DNA of 64,000 bases, taken from assembly GCA_963797095.1 (NCBI GenBank), contig CAWCNY010000005.1, positions 64,001-128,000 of the forward strand. Reading direction: 5' to 3'. The notes beneath the pieces were generated by a model. That model worked only from the letters and a program-made list of their open reading frames with translations. It made no database searches and was not told where the DNA came from. The translations under genes were made by a program, and so were the position numbers. Source of the DNA: an uncultured Chloroflexia bacterium. Lineage in GTDB: Bacteria > Chloroflexota > Chloroflexia > QHBQ01 > JADMIH01. Position 1 is the stretch's first letter; every line of letters begins with the position of its first letter. Positions 39,089 to 47,369 of the stretch are shown piece by piece.

Positions 39089-40291
39089 TTGTCTCAGGAA
39101 GCCTTTATTATTGATGCCGTGCGCACTCCGGTTGGGCGGTACGCAGGCGCACTTAAGGACGTTCGCCCCGACGACCTGGCCGCGCTGGTTATACGCTCCA
39201 TAGTAGAACGGACCGGGGTCGACCCGCGTCGAATCGAGGACGTGATCCTGGGGTGCGCGAACCAGGCAGGCGAGGACAACCGCAATGTGGCCCGCATGGC
39301 GGTGCTGCTGGCGGGGCTGCCAATCGAAGTGGCGGGATGCACGGTGAACCGCTTATGTGGCTCAGGCCTCCAGGCCGTGAACGACGCCGCGCGCGCCATC
39401 AAGGCCGGAGAAGGCGATGTGTTCATCGCGGGGGGCACCGAGAGCATGACCCGCGCTCCGTTTGTGATGGCAAAGCCCGCCGACGGATATCCGCGCGGCG
39501 ACCTCAAGATGTACGATACCACTATCGGGTGGAGGTTCACCAATCCAAAGCTGGCCGAGATGTACTACCCGTTCAGCATGGGCGAGACGGCGGAGAATGT
39601 GGCGGAACAGTGGCATATCTCGCGTGAGGACCAGGATGCCTTCGCAGCGGAGTCGCAGCGCAGGGCCGCCGCCGCCATTGAGTCGGGCCGCTTCCGCGAC
39701 GAGATTGTGCCGGTCACCATCCCGCAGCGTAAAGGGGATCCGGTGGTAGTCGATACCGACGAGCACTCGCGCCCGGACACCACGCCTGACAGGCTGGCAA
39801 GGCTCAAACCGGCCTTCAGAGAGGGCGGAGCGGTGACGGCGGGCAACGCATCGGGGATCAATGACGGGGCTTCGGCTGTGCTGCTCACGAGCAAGCAGGC
39901 TGGCGATGAGATGGGCCTTAAGCCGATGGCGCGCGTTATAGCGTCAGCGGTGGCGGGCGTGGACCCGTCCTGCATGGGGGTTGGCCCGGTTCCGGCAACA
40001 CGCAAAGCGCTTGAGCGGGCGGGCCTTACGATAGATGATCTCGATTTGATCGAGTTGAACGAGGCGTTCGCGTCGCAGTCGCTGGCCTGTATCCGCGACT
40101 TGCATCTGGACACAGCTACAGTGAACGTGAACGGCGGAGCGATCGCGCTGGGGCACGCCCTGGGCAATTCCGGCTCTCGCCTTTTGACCACCCTGGTACA
40201 CGAATTGAAGCGACGTGGCGGCCGCTACGGCCTCGCCACAATGTGCATCGGCGTGGGCCAGGGCATTGCTACGATAATCGAAATGGTCTAG
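39089..40291 (+). CDS. paaJ: 3-oxoadipyl-CoA thiolase (PaaJ/PcaF-like)
   Basis: [41 protein letters not shown] start. Confidence 0.85.
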   Translation: MSQEAFIIDAVRTPVGRYAGALKDVRPDDLAALVIRSIVERTGVDPRRIEDVILGCANQAGEDNRNVARMAVLLAGLPIEVAGCTVNRLCGSGLQAVNDAARAIKAGEGDVFIAGGTESMTRAPFVMAKPADGYPRGDLKMYDTTIGWRFTNPKLAEMYYPFSMGETAENVAEQWHISREDQDAFAAESQRRAAAAIESGRFRDEIVPVTIPQRKGDPVVVDTDEHSRPDTTPDRLARLKPAFREGGAVTAGNASGINDGASAVLLTSKQAGDEMGLKPMARVIASAVAGVDPSCMGVGPVPATRKALERAGLTIDDLDLIELNEAFASQSLACIRDLHLDTATVNVNGGAIALGHALGNSGSRLLTTLVHELKRRGGRYGLATMCIGVGQGIATIIEMV

Positions 40292-40319
40292 TCTTTACTC
40301 AAAGAGGAGTACGTTATTA

Positions 40320-41828
40320 ATGTCCGATACCGCAGTTCAACCCACATCATATTCTACGCGCACCGAATGGCAGTTGTTTGTCAATGGCGCGTACACACCG
40401 GCACAGTCGGGCGAATCGTTCGACGTAATCAACCCCGCCACCAACGAGCATCTAGCCGCGATCTCCAAAGCAGGGCGCGCTGATGTGGACTCAGCGGTGC
40501 AGGCCGCGCGGGCTGCATTCGATGGGGGCAAATGGATTCGTATGGGTGCGGCGCGGCGTGCCTCCATCTTGTTGAGAGCAGCGTCGATTATGCGCTCGCG
40601 CTTTGAAGACATCGCCCGGTTGGAAGCGCTCAACACGGGCAAGGCGATCTCGCAGTGCAAGGGAGAGTTGACGCAAGGCATCGACGATTTTGAGTTCTTC
40701 GCAGGTGCCGCCACCAAGATCATGGGTGAGACGATCCCGGTGCCAAGCAGTTTCCTCAACTACACGGTGCGCGAACCTGTGGGGGTGTGCGCCCAGATCG
40801 TGCCCTGGAACTACCCTGTGATGATGGCCTCCTGGAAGCTGGCCCCTGCCCTGGCCGCAGGCTGCGCGGTAATCCTGAAGCCTGCAAGCGCGACCCCGCT
40901 CACCGCCCTGGTATTGGCCGAGATATTGACAGAGGCCGGAGTACCGGCGGGTATCGTGAATGTGCTGCCAGGCCCCGGTAGCGAGGTCGGCGCTTACCTT
41001 GCCGAGCACCCAGGCGTGGATAAGATTGCTTTCACCGGCGAGACCGAGACCGGGCGCCAGATTATGCGAGCGGCGGCAAGCAACCTGAAGAGGATATCTC
41101 TAGAACTGGGTGGCAAGTCGCCTAACATCGTTTTCGATGATGCCGACATAGATCACGCCATAAACGGGTCTTTGTTCGCCATCTTTTACAGCGCGGGGCA
41201 ATCGTGCGAAGCTCGTTCGCGTCTTTTCGTGCAGGAGTCGGTGTACGACCGCTTCATTGAGGGGTTTGTCGCCAAAACAGAAAAGCTCAAAGTGGGCGAC
41301 CCGCTAGACCCATCCACGCATATGGGTTCGCTGATATCGGCCAGCCATCGCGACCGGGTGCACAGCTATGTCGAGCTTGGGAAGTCGGAGGGCGCAGAGG
41401 TACTGACCGGAGGCAAAACTCCCGGGAACGGGCTGGAGAAAGGCAACTTCTATTTGCCCACAGTACTGGCAGGCATAGACAATAAGGCGCGAGTCGCTCA
41501 AGAGGAGATATTTGGCCCCGTAGTCACGATCATGCCCTTCAAGACGGAGGCGGATGCGATCCAGATGGCTAACGACGTGGTGTACGGACTTGCGGGCACG
41601 ATCTGGACGAACAACCTGGGCCGCGCCCACCGCGTGGCCGGGGCAATCAAATCGGGTGTGGTCACGGTGAACACGCCTTTCACAGCATTTCCCGGCCTAC
41701 CCTTCGGTGGTTACAAGCAATCGGGCTTCGGTCGCGAGTTGAGTATGGACGCCATCGAGCTTTACACAGAGCTTAAGAGCGTGCTTATGTATATAGGCGA
41801 AAGGGCGATGAACCCGTTCGGGGTGTAA
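40320..41828 (+). CDS. Aldehyde dehydrogenase
   Basis: PWNYP, FTGETETG, LELGGKSP, GQSC, EEIFGP, PFGGYKQSG. Confidence 0.95.
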   Translation: MSDTAVQPTSYSTRTEWQLFVNGAYTPAQSGESFDVINPATNEHLAAISKAGRADVDSAVQAARAAFDGGKWIRMGAARRASILLRAASIMRSRFEDIARLEALNTGKAISQCKGELTQGIDDFEFFAGAATKIMGETIPVPSSFLNYTVREPVGVCAQIVPWNYPVMMASWKLAPALAAGCAVILKPASATPLTALVLAEILTEAGVPAGIVNVLPGPGSEVGAYLAEHPGVDKIAFTGETETGRQIMRAAASNLKRISLELGGKSPNIVFDDADIDHAINGSLFAIFYSAGQSCEARSRLFVQESVYDRFIEGFVAKTEKLKVGDPLDPSTHMGSLISASHRDRVHSYVELGKSEGAEVLTGGKTPGNGLEKGNFYLPTVLAGIDNKARVAQEEIFGPVVTIMPFKTEADAIQMANDVVYGLAGTIWTNNLGRAHRVAGAIKSGVVTVNTPFTAFPGLPFGGYKQSGFGRELSMDAIELYTELKSVLMYIGERAMNPFGV

Positions 41829-41903
41829 AGTTCCAAGTGCCTAGTTTCTAGTTCCTGGTTATAGAAAATAGGTTGTTACGAACAAATAACTTGGAACCAG
41901 CAA

Positions 41904-42148
41904 CAGTTCTTTCGCTCATTTTTGGGCTAATTGGAGAAATTGCACGCTTAGCATAAGCCTCTCGGTTTGATAAGTGGCCGAATTGGGCTCCAAAGACCGG
42001 TTTTGGGCCTTGCCACAAGGGTTGGGGCCTCGAGGTCTGAGAAACACATTCGATGGCTGACCTCCATTTAGTGAGTTGATGATGTCGAACACTAGATGTA
42101 GTGCCTCGGCAATTCTCAGAACCACTTAGAAAATGAGCGAACGATCTG
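41904..42148. mobile_element. 245-bp MITE-like element
   Basis: TIRs CAGTTCTTTCGCTCATTTT vs reverse complement CAGATCGTTCGCTCATTTT (17/19). Flanks CAGCAA / CAGGAA. Interrupts a GGAACTT heptamer array. Confidence 0.7.
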
Positions 42149-42190
42149 CAGGAACTTGGAACTTGGAACTTGGAACTCGCCTAATAGGTT

Positions 42191-42514
42191 ATGAACATCA
42201 GAGTAACCAAACTTTACCAGGGAGCGCCGCACGGAGCGATTGAGGTGGCGTTCAACTCGTCGCCTGAGGGGGAGCGCATGATGGCCGAGATCCGCGAGGC
42301 CACCGGACTCCCATTTGAGCGCCCGACAGGCAACCGTTTTGCTTTGCGAGAGCTTCACATTGCCGAGGTAGGTGGAGAAGAGGCGCTGGAGGCGGCATAC
42401 GTGCAAGTGGTAGAGATCGCGGAGAGATACGATGAGGTGCACGACTCTCAGAAGAACATGAAAGGCCCGGGCGAAGTCACGCCCAACGAACTTGGCAGGG
42501 CTTTGGAGCGATGA
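42191..42514 (+). CDS. Hypothetical protein
   Basis: Clean ORF, ATGA overlap with the ferredoxin gene. Confidence 0.65.
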   Translation: MNIRVTKLYQGAPHGAIEVAFNSSPEGERMMAEIREATGLPFERPTGNRFALRELHIAEVGGEEALEAAYVQVVEIAERYDEVHDSQKNMKGPGEVTPNELGRALER

Positions 42515-42726
42515 GCTACATCATTTCGATTGATCAGTCTCGCTGCATTGGGGCCGGAAACTGTGTGCATATTGCGCCCAGGACCTTCCAATTGGACGAA
42601 GAGAACATCGCCTATCTTGTCGACCCTACTGCTGAGGACGACGAGACGATACTGGATGCGGCGCGCTCCTGCCCAACGGATGCTATCTACCTGGACACCG
42701 AAGATGGGCAGGCCATCTATCCATAA
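42511..42726 (+). CDS. Monocluster ferredoxin (probably [3Fe-4S])
   Basis: CIGAGNC..AP..F...AARSCPTDAI. Confidence 0.9.
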   Translation: MSYIISIDQSRCIGAGNCVHIAPRTFQLDEENIAYLVDPTAEDDETILDAARSCPTDAIYLDTEDGQAIYP

Positions 42727-42836
42727 CCGGGTGCGCCCAGGCACCAACTCTCCAGGCACCATCGCGCTAGAGAGGCACTTCTTGCCCGGCGGGCTGCACT
42801 TTGGGTATAATTGCTTTCTGTAGAGGTCGAACTACC

Positions 42837-44255
42837 ATGCACAACGAACAGGCGGATAGCGTGAATAAGAACTACTTCATCTGGACCGTGGGGTGCCAGA
42901 TGAATGTAGCCGACTCCAATTACGTGGCGGCAGCGCTCCAGAAGCGAGGCTATGCCGAGACGGATAACCTGGAATCGGCTAATGTGGTCGTGCTCAATTC
43001 ATGCGTGGTAAGGCAGGCGGCGGAAGACCGCATAGTCGGTAAGCTGGGCGAAGTGGCGGTGCTCAAAAAGAAGAAACCCGACCTCTTTCTGGCGCTCACG
43101 GGCTGCATGGTGACGGAAGACCAGACTACGTTACGCCGCCGGTTCCCAATGGTGGACCTTTTCTTCAAGCCCTCTGCTGTCAACGACTTTCTGGTGGGCT
43201 TGCCGGAGAACTCGGCCCCCGACCTGGGCGAATACGGCGTTGCCCTTGCTCTTGAAGGGTTGCTACCCACGGCGCAAGCAGGCGGGATCGCTGCCTATAT
43301 ACCGATCATCTACGGGTGCAACAAGACATGCACCTACTGTATTGTTCCCTTCCGCAGAGGGAAAGAGCGCTCGCGCACGATTGATGATATTGCCGCCGAG
43401 GTGGAGCGTCTTGTTGAGCAGGGCGTGCGTGAAGTCACGCTGCTGGGACAAAATGTAGATACTTACGGCCACGACCTCACTGAATGGACCGACCTGGCGG
43501 CGCTGCTCGCACGCCTCAACGAGATCGATGACCTGTGGCGCATCCGGTTCCTGACCTCGCACCCCAAAGATATGGCCCAAAACCTGATCGAGGCTGTGGC
43601 GTACCTTCCGAAGGCTATGGAACATATTAATCTGCCGGTGCAGGCGGGTGATGACGAAGTGATCAAGCGCATGAAAAGACGCTACACACTTCGCTACTAC
43701 CGCGATCTCATCCGCCGTATCCGCGAGACAATCCCTGATGTTACACTCGCCACCGACATCATCGTGGGATTTCCCGGCGAATCGCACGACCAGTTCATGC
43801 GTACAATGGACCTCCTTCAGGAAATCAGGTTTGACAAGGTGCACGTCGCTGCCTACTCTCCGCGCCCTGGGACGGTGGCGGCAGGCTGGCCCGACAATGT
43901 CACTCACGACGAAAAGATGATGCGTCTGCACGCCGTTGAGATGCTCCAGGAGCAGATTGGCCGCGAGTTGAACGAACGGCACGTGGACACCGAGATGGAG
44001 ATTCTGGTGGAAGGCGCAGAGCGCGGCAGATGGATGGGGCGCACCAGGGGCAACAAGATCGTATTCTTCCCGATGGACAACCCCAAAGACGACCGCACCG
44101 GGCAATTACTCCTCGCCAGGATCGACGCCGCAGGACCCTGGTCCATGCAAGGCTCGCTCGTAAAGGTTCTGCGACAGACCCCACCCGCCCTCAAATCTCT
44201 CCTGAGCGCCCACAACCGGCACGTCAGTATTCCCCTTACGCCGGCCACTCGATAA
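42837..44255 (+). CDS. miaB: tRNA methylthiotransferase MiaB
   Basis: GCQMN, NSCVVR, CNKTCTYC radical SAM motif, LLGQNV, DIIVGFPGE, TRAM domain. Confidence 0.95.
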   Translation: MHNEQADSVNKNYFIWTVGCQMNVADSNYVAAALQKRGYAETDNLESANVVVLNSCVVRQAAEDRIVGKLGEVAVLKKKKPDLFLALTGCMVTEDQTTLRRRFPMVDLFFKPSAVNDFLVGLPENSAPDLGEYGVALALEGLLPTAQAGGIAAYIPIIYGCNKTCTYCIVPFRRGKERSRTIDDIAAEVERLVEQGVREVTLLGQNVDTYGHDLTEWTDLAALLARLNEIDDLWRIRFLTSHPKDMAQNLIEAVAYLPKAMEHINLPVQAGDDEVIKRMKRRYTLRYYRDLIRRIRETIPDVTLATDIIVGFPGESHDQFMRTMDLLQEIRFDKVHVAAYSPRPGTVAAGWPDNVTHDEKMMRLHAVEMLQEQIGRELNERHVDTEMEILVEGAERGRWMGRTRGNKIVFFPMDNPKDDRTGQLLLARIDAAGPWSMQGSLVKVLRQTPPALKSLLSAHNRHVSIPLTPATR

Positions 44256-44305
44256 GCTGCTTCCCTGATAAAACAGTGTTCGGTAAGAATGAAGGCTTGA
44301 CGGGC

Positions 44306-44334
44306 TTGCACATATTGCCGGATAGGATTATAGT
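44306..44334 (+). promoter_or_regulatory. Sigma70 promoter at the start of a long intergenic region
   Basis: TTGCAC-17-TATAGT. Confidence 0.55.
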
Positions 44335-44803
44335 ATGCGCGGCACTTTGGCCGTCGTGCCGGCACCCTTCGCGTAGTGGCTGTAATTAGGACTATGGCAG
44401 TGGCCCTTGCTCGACACGTAAGTGCAGGCCAGGGTACGCTCTAAGACCGCATGCCCACAACGAAATGAGGGGCGACGGAGTGGTACTACTTACTACCAGA
44501 GAAGTAGTCATAAGGTACTCCCAAAGACTGTTAAACTAATTGTTACTTTAATCGTATATAATATGCACCCGCATTGTGCCCGGTGGGTGATGATGGCACA
44601 AACTGTGCTGAATAACCCGCTCCCAGGCACCTTAGTGGTCCGGCAGCAAGCGGGATGTGGAAAATGGTGTTCATAAACGACTTGATCTTTTGAACCAAAG
44701 AGCCTAATCATACGTTACATAGAGAAAGGGTGTAAAAGAGCAGAGGCCCAAACACCGGGTCTGGCGGCTAGACCAACAAGCCACTGCGGAAGCGAGAAAA
44801 GCA

Positions 44804-45658
44804 ATGATGAACCAAGCAGAAGACAGAATCAGACTCCGGCGCGTGCTTCCTGAACGCGCTATAGCACTTGCGATGGAAAACAGGTGGTCGGAAGCCGCCG
44901 ATATCAATCGCAAAATCATCGAGCTATACCCAAACGACGCCGACGCCTATAACCGCCTCGGGAAAGCCCTACTTGAAATGGGGCGCTACCGCGACGCACT
45001 GGCGACCTACCAGCGTGCGGTCGAGCTTGATCCCAATAACATGATCGCCAAGAAAAATGTGGAACGGTTGGCCCACCTGGCTGACAAGGCCCAGGAGCCT
45101 ACCCGCTTGACTCAGCCCGCGGCCCAGGCCAAGCCTGCCGAGGGGGCGCGCATTAACCCGACCATGTTCATCGAAGAGACCGGCAAGACCGGTGTCACCA
45201 CCCTCATTAATCTCGGCCCCGCCGAATTGCTGATCGATGTGGCGGCGGGCCAGCACGTTGACCTTCGCGCCAACGGCAGCAAGCTTGAGGTGTACGACGA
45301 GGACGGCCAGTACGTCGGCCAGGTGGAACCCAAGCTTGCCAAGCGGCTGATCGACCTCATCCAGACGGGCAATCGTTACACGGCAGCTGTGACCACAGCT
45401 GACAAGACCGTTTCGATCATTATCAGAGAGACCTATCAGCACCCGACTAACCGGGGCAAGTTCTCCTTCCCACCTAAGGCCCTGCCGACCGGCGCGTACC
45501 GCCCTTACATGCGCGAAGGTGCCCTCCGCTATGGTATGGAGGAAGACGAGGACTCGATTTACGACTTCGAAGGCGACGACGGCGATGTCGATGCCGAAGA
45601 CAATGACGAAGAACTGGAGTACGACGAAGACGACTCGGACGAGGAAGAAGAGGTCTAA
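44804..45658 (+). CDS. TPR protein with highly acidic C-terminal tail
   Basis: DAYNRLGKALLEMG..ALATYQRAVELDPNN; FIEETGKT; D/E-rich tail. Confidence 0.85.
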   Translation: MMNQAEDRIRLRRVLPERAIALAMENRWSEAADINRKIIELYPNDADAYNRLGKALLEMGRYRDALATYQRAVELDPNNMIAKKNVERLAHLADKAQEPTRLTQPAAQAKPAEGARINPTMFIEETGKTGVTTLINLGPAELLIDVAAGQHVDLRANGSKLEVYDEDGQYVGQVEPKLAKRLIDLIQTGNRYTAAVTTADKTVSIIIRETYQHPTNRGKFSFPPKALPTGAYRPYMREGALRYGMEEDEDSIYDFEGDDGDVDAEDNDEELEYDEDDSDEEEEV

Positions 45659-45681
45659 CTTTCAGACTGTCCCTTGAATCA

Positions 45682-45716
45682 AAGAGAGAAGGCTGCGCTT
45701 GGCGGCCTTCTCTCTT
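45682..45716. terminator. Bidirectional terminator
   Basis: AAGAGAGAAGGCTGC / GCGGCCTTCTCTCTT between convergent genes. Confidence 0.75.
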
Positions 45717-45748
45717 GTCTTATCAATCCCGTCGCCCGAAGGCTCAGG

Positions 45749-46204
45749 CTACATGTTGAGCACAAACGCCAACACAATAATAATCGCCAGACATATTACA
45801 GTAAGGGTAATCAGCTTACGGATGTCGGCGCGAACATAATGCATTTCGTCCTCGATAGACAGGGTGTTCATTGCCATCCTGGCTCGCGTAGCCCGGCTGG
45901 CAGCAATGGCACGCCGCTGGCCCGCAGTAGGCATAGCGGTGGAACCGCTTGTGCGGTTCATGGAACGCGTGGCAGCTGACGCAGACGACGAGGTGACATT
46001 GGCAGGCATGGGGCGCAACTGGGCCTGCTGGTACCCGGTGCTCTCTTCGGTCTCGTCTAGGGGCGCATCTTCAACCGCAGCCGACGATGAGGCGCGCTGC
46101 GAGGTGACCGGTCGTGTAGGCTCGCCGCTAACCTGGGCGTCCACCCGTCTGCGCCACTGTTCTTGCCTGGCGCGCTGCTGAGTATTCCTGCTCTTCTTTG
46201 GCAT
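45749..46204 (-). CDS. Hypothetical C-terminally anchored membrane protein
   Basis: Disordered N-terminus, EMHYVRADIRKL, then a C-terminal TM. Confidence 0.7.
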   Translation of the reverse strand: MPKKSRNTQQRARQEQWRRRVDAQVSGEPTRPVTSQRASSSAAVEDAPLDETEESTGYQQAQLRPMPANVTSSSASAATRSMNRTSGSTAMPTAGQRRAIAASRATRARMAMNTLSIEDEMHYVRADIRKLITLTVICLAIIIVLAFVLNM

Positions 46205-46219
46205 CCCTGTGAATTCTCC

Positions 46220-46624
46220 TTACTGCTCTGTCCCATCGTGGCCCGGCTTACCCGCGACCCGGTACTCACCCTCGATTGGATTTGTATCACGCGACGTACG
46301 ACGCGTTGGCTCCCCGCCCGGTCTCTCAGGCTCCATGCCGAGGGCCCGCCGGTGCTCATCTACCACGGGTTCGGGTGCAAGCCTGATAAAGAGCGCCATC
46401 CCAAGTAACACCACACCCAGGTCATCCAGTTGACCAAGTCCCAGCAGGAAATCCGGGATCAGGTCCACCGGCGAAATGAAGTAGAATAGCACCACCAACG
46501 GGATGCCCAATTTCAGCCACAACTGCACGCGGTCATCATTCATCAACCGCCACACCAGGCGGCCCCGCTCCATTAGCTCGTTGAGCATTCCGCTTCCGCT
46601 TTCGTTCTGCCTCTGCTGTGCCAT
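46220..46624 (-). CDS. DUF1232/YkvA protein
   Basis: YFISPVDLIPD..LGQLDD. Confidence 0.9.
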   Translation of the reverse strand: MAQQRQNESGSGMLNELMERGRLVWRLMNDDRVQLWLKLGIPLVVLFYFISPVDLIPDFLLGLGQLDDLGVVLLGMALFIRLAPEPVVDEHRRALGMEPERPGGEPTRRTSRDTNPIEGEYRVAGKPGHDGTEQ

Positions 46625-46817
46625 CGCCTGCGCGACCTCGCAACTGCTTGATTCGTGGTGTGGGAACGTCGGAAGGCATAACCTCCCAGCGTGACTCCAC
46701 TATTATAACCCGCCCCTCGCCCTTTTGCAAACTTGTCGCCCTCTCCGACGCTGTGGTATAATCACACGTGCGCCATGTATAGACCGCTTCGGGATGCGGC
46801 GCGCAAACGCGTTCCCC

Positions 46818-46888
46818 GGCACCGTGGCCAAGTGGCAAGGCAGAGCTCTGCAAAAGCTCGATCAGCGGTTCGAATCCGCTCGGTGCCT
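46818..46888 (+). tRNA. tRNA-Cys(GCA)
   Basis: Acceptor GGCACCG/CGGTGCC plus discriminator T; anticodon arm GAGCT-CTGCAAA-AGCTC; T loop GTTCGAATC. CCA not encoded. Confidence 0.96.
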
Positions 46889-46896
46889 CCCCAAGA

Positions 46897-46925
46897 TTGC
46901 GGATTGCGACTTATGCAATCCGCAA
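46897..46925 (+). terminator. Hairpin after tRNA-Cys
   Basis: TTGCGGATTGC / GCAATCCGCAA 11-bp stem. Confidence 0.55.
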
Positions 46926-46994
46926 GTTCGCCATAACGCGAACGATGCGGCAAGCACAACATACTCGTTTTGAACTACGATATCGAACACAAAT

Positions 46995-47288
46995 ATGATT
47001 GTCGGCACAGCCCGTATCACCATCTATCTCCCTGAGAACTATTCGCTGAAGGACAAGCGGCAGGACGTAAAGTCTCTCCTTGCCCGCATTTCCAACCAGT
47101 TCCACATCGCAGCTTCCGAGGTTGCCGATCATGAACTGTGGGAGATCGCAACAATAGGAGTGGCCTGCGTCAGCACAGATGCTCGCCATGCTAACGAGAT
47201 AATCTCCAAAGTAGTCAACTGGATCGACGCCAACCTCCAGGAAGGGCACATCCAGGACTACGAAATCGAGATCGTGCATCTAGGCTGA
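46995..47288 (+). CDS. DUF503 (YlxP) protein
   Basis: SLKDKRQ.VKS...FHIAASEV..HELW. Confidence 0.9.
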   Translation: MIVGTARITIYLPENYSLKDKRQDVKSLLARISNQFHIAASEVADHELWEIATIGVACVSTDARHANEIISKVVNWIDANLQEGHIQDYEIEIVHLG

Positions 47289-47369
47289 CGAATTGACACG
47301 GCCCCTTTTCCACTATAAACTCGCCTCTAGACGCGGCTCTCTCTTTCGATCCTGCCGGAGGCGTATCAT

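Noticed and set aside
41916-42125. 69-aa ORF inside the MITE
   Set aside because: No RBS or motif; at most a decayed transposase fragment.
44585-44650. c-di-GMP-II or fluoride riboswitch resemblance
   Set aside because: Only fragments match (GGCACCTT, TAGTGGT, ATGGTGTTC); the required pairings and spacing are not present.
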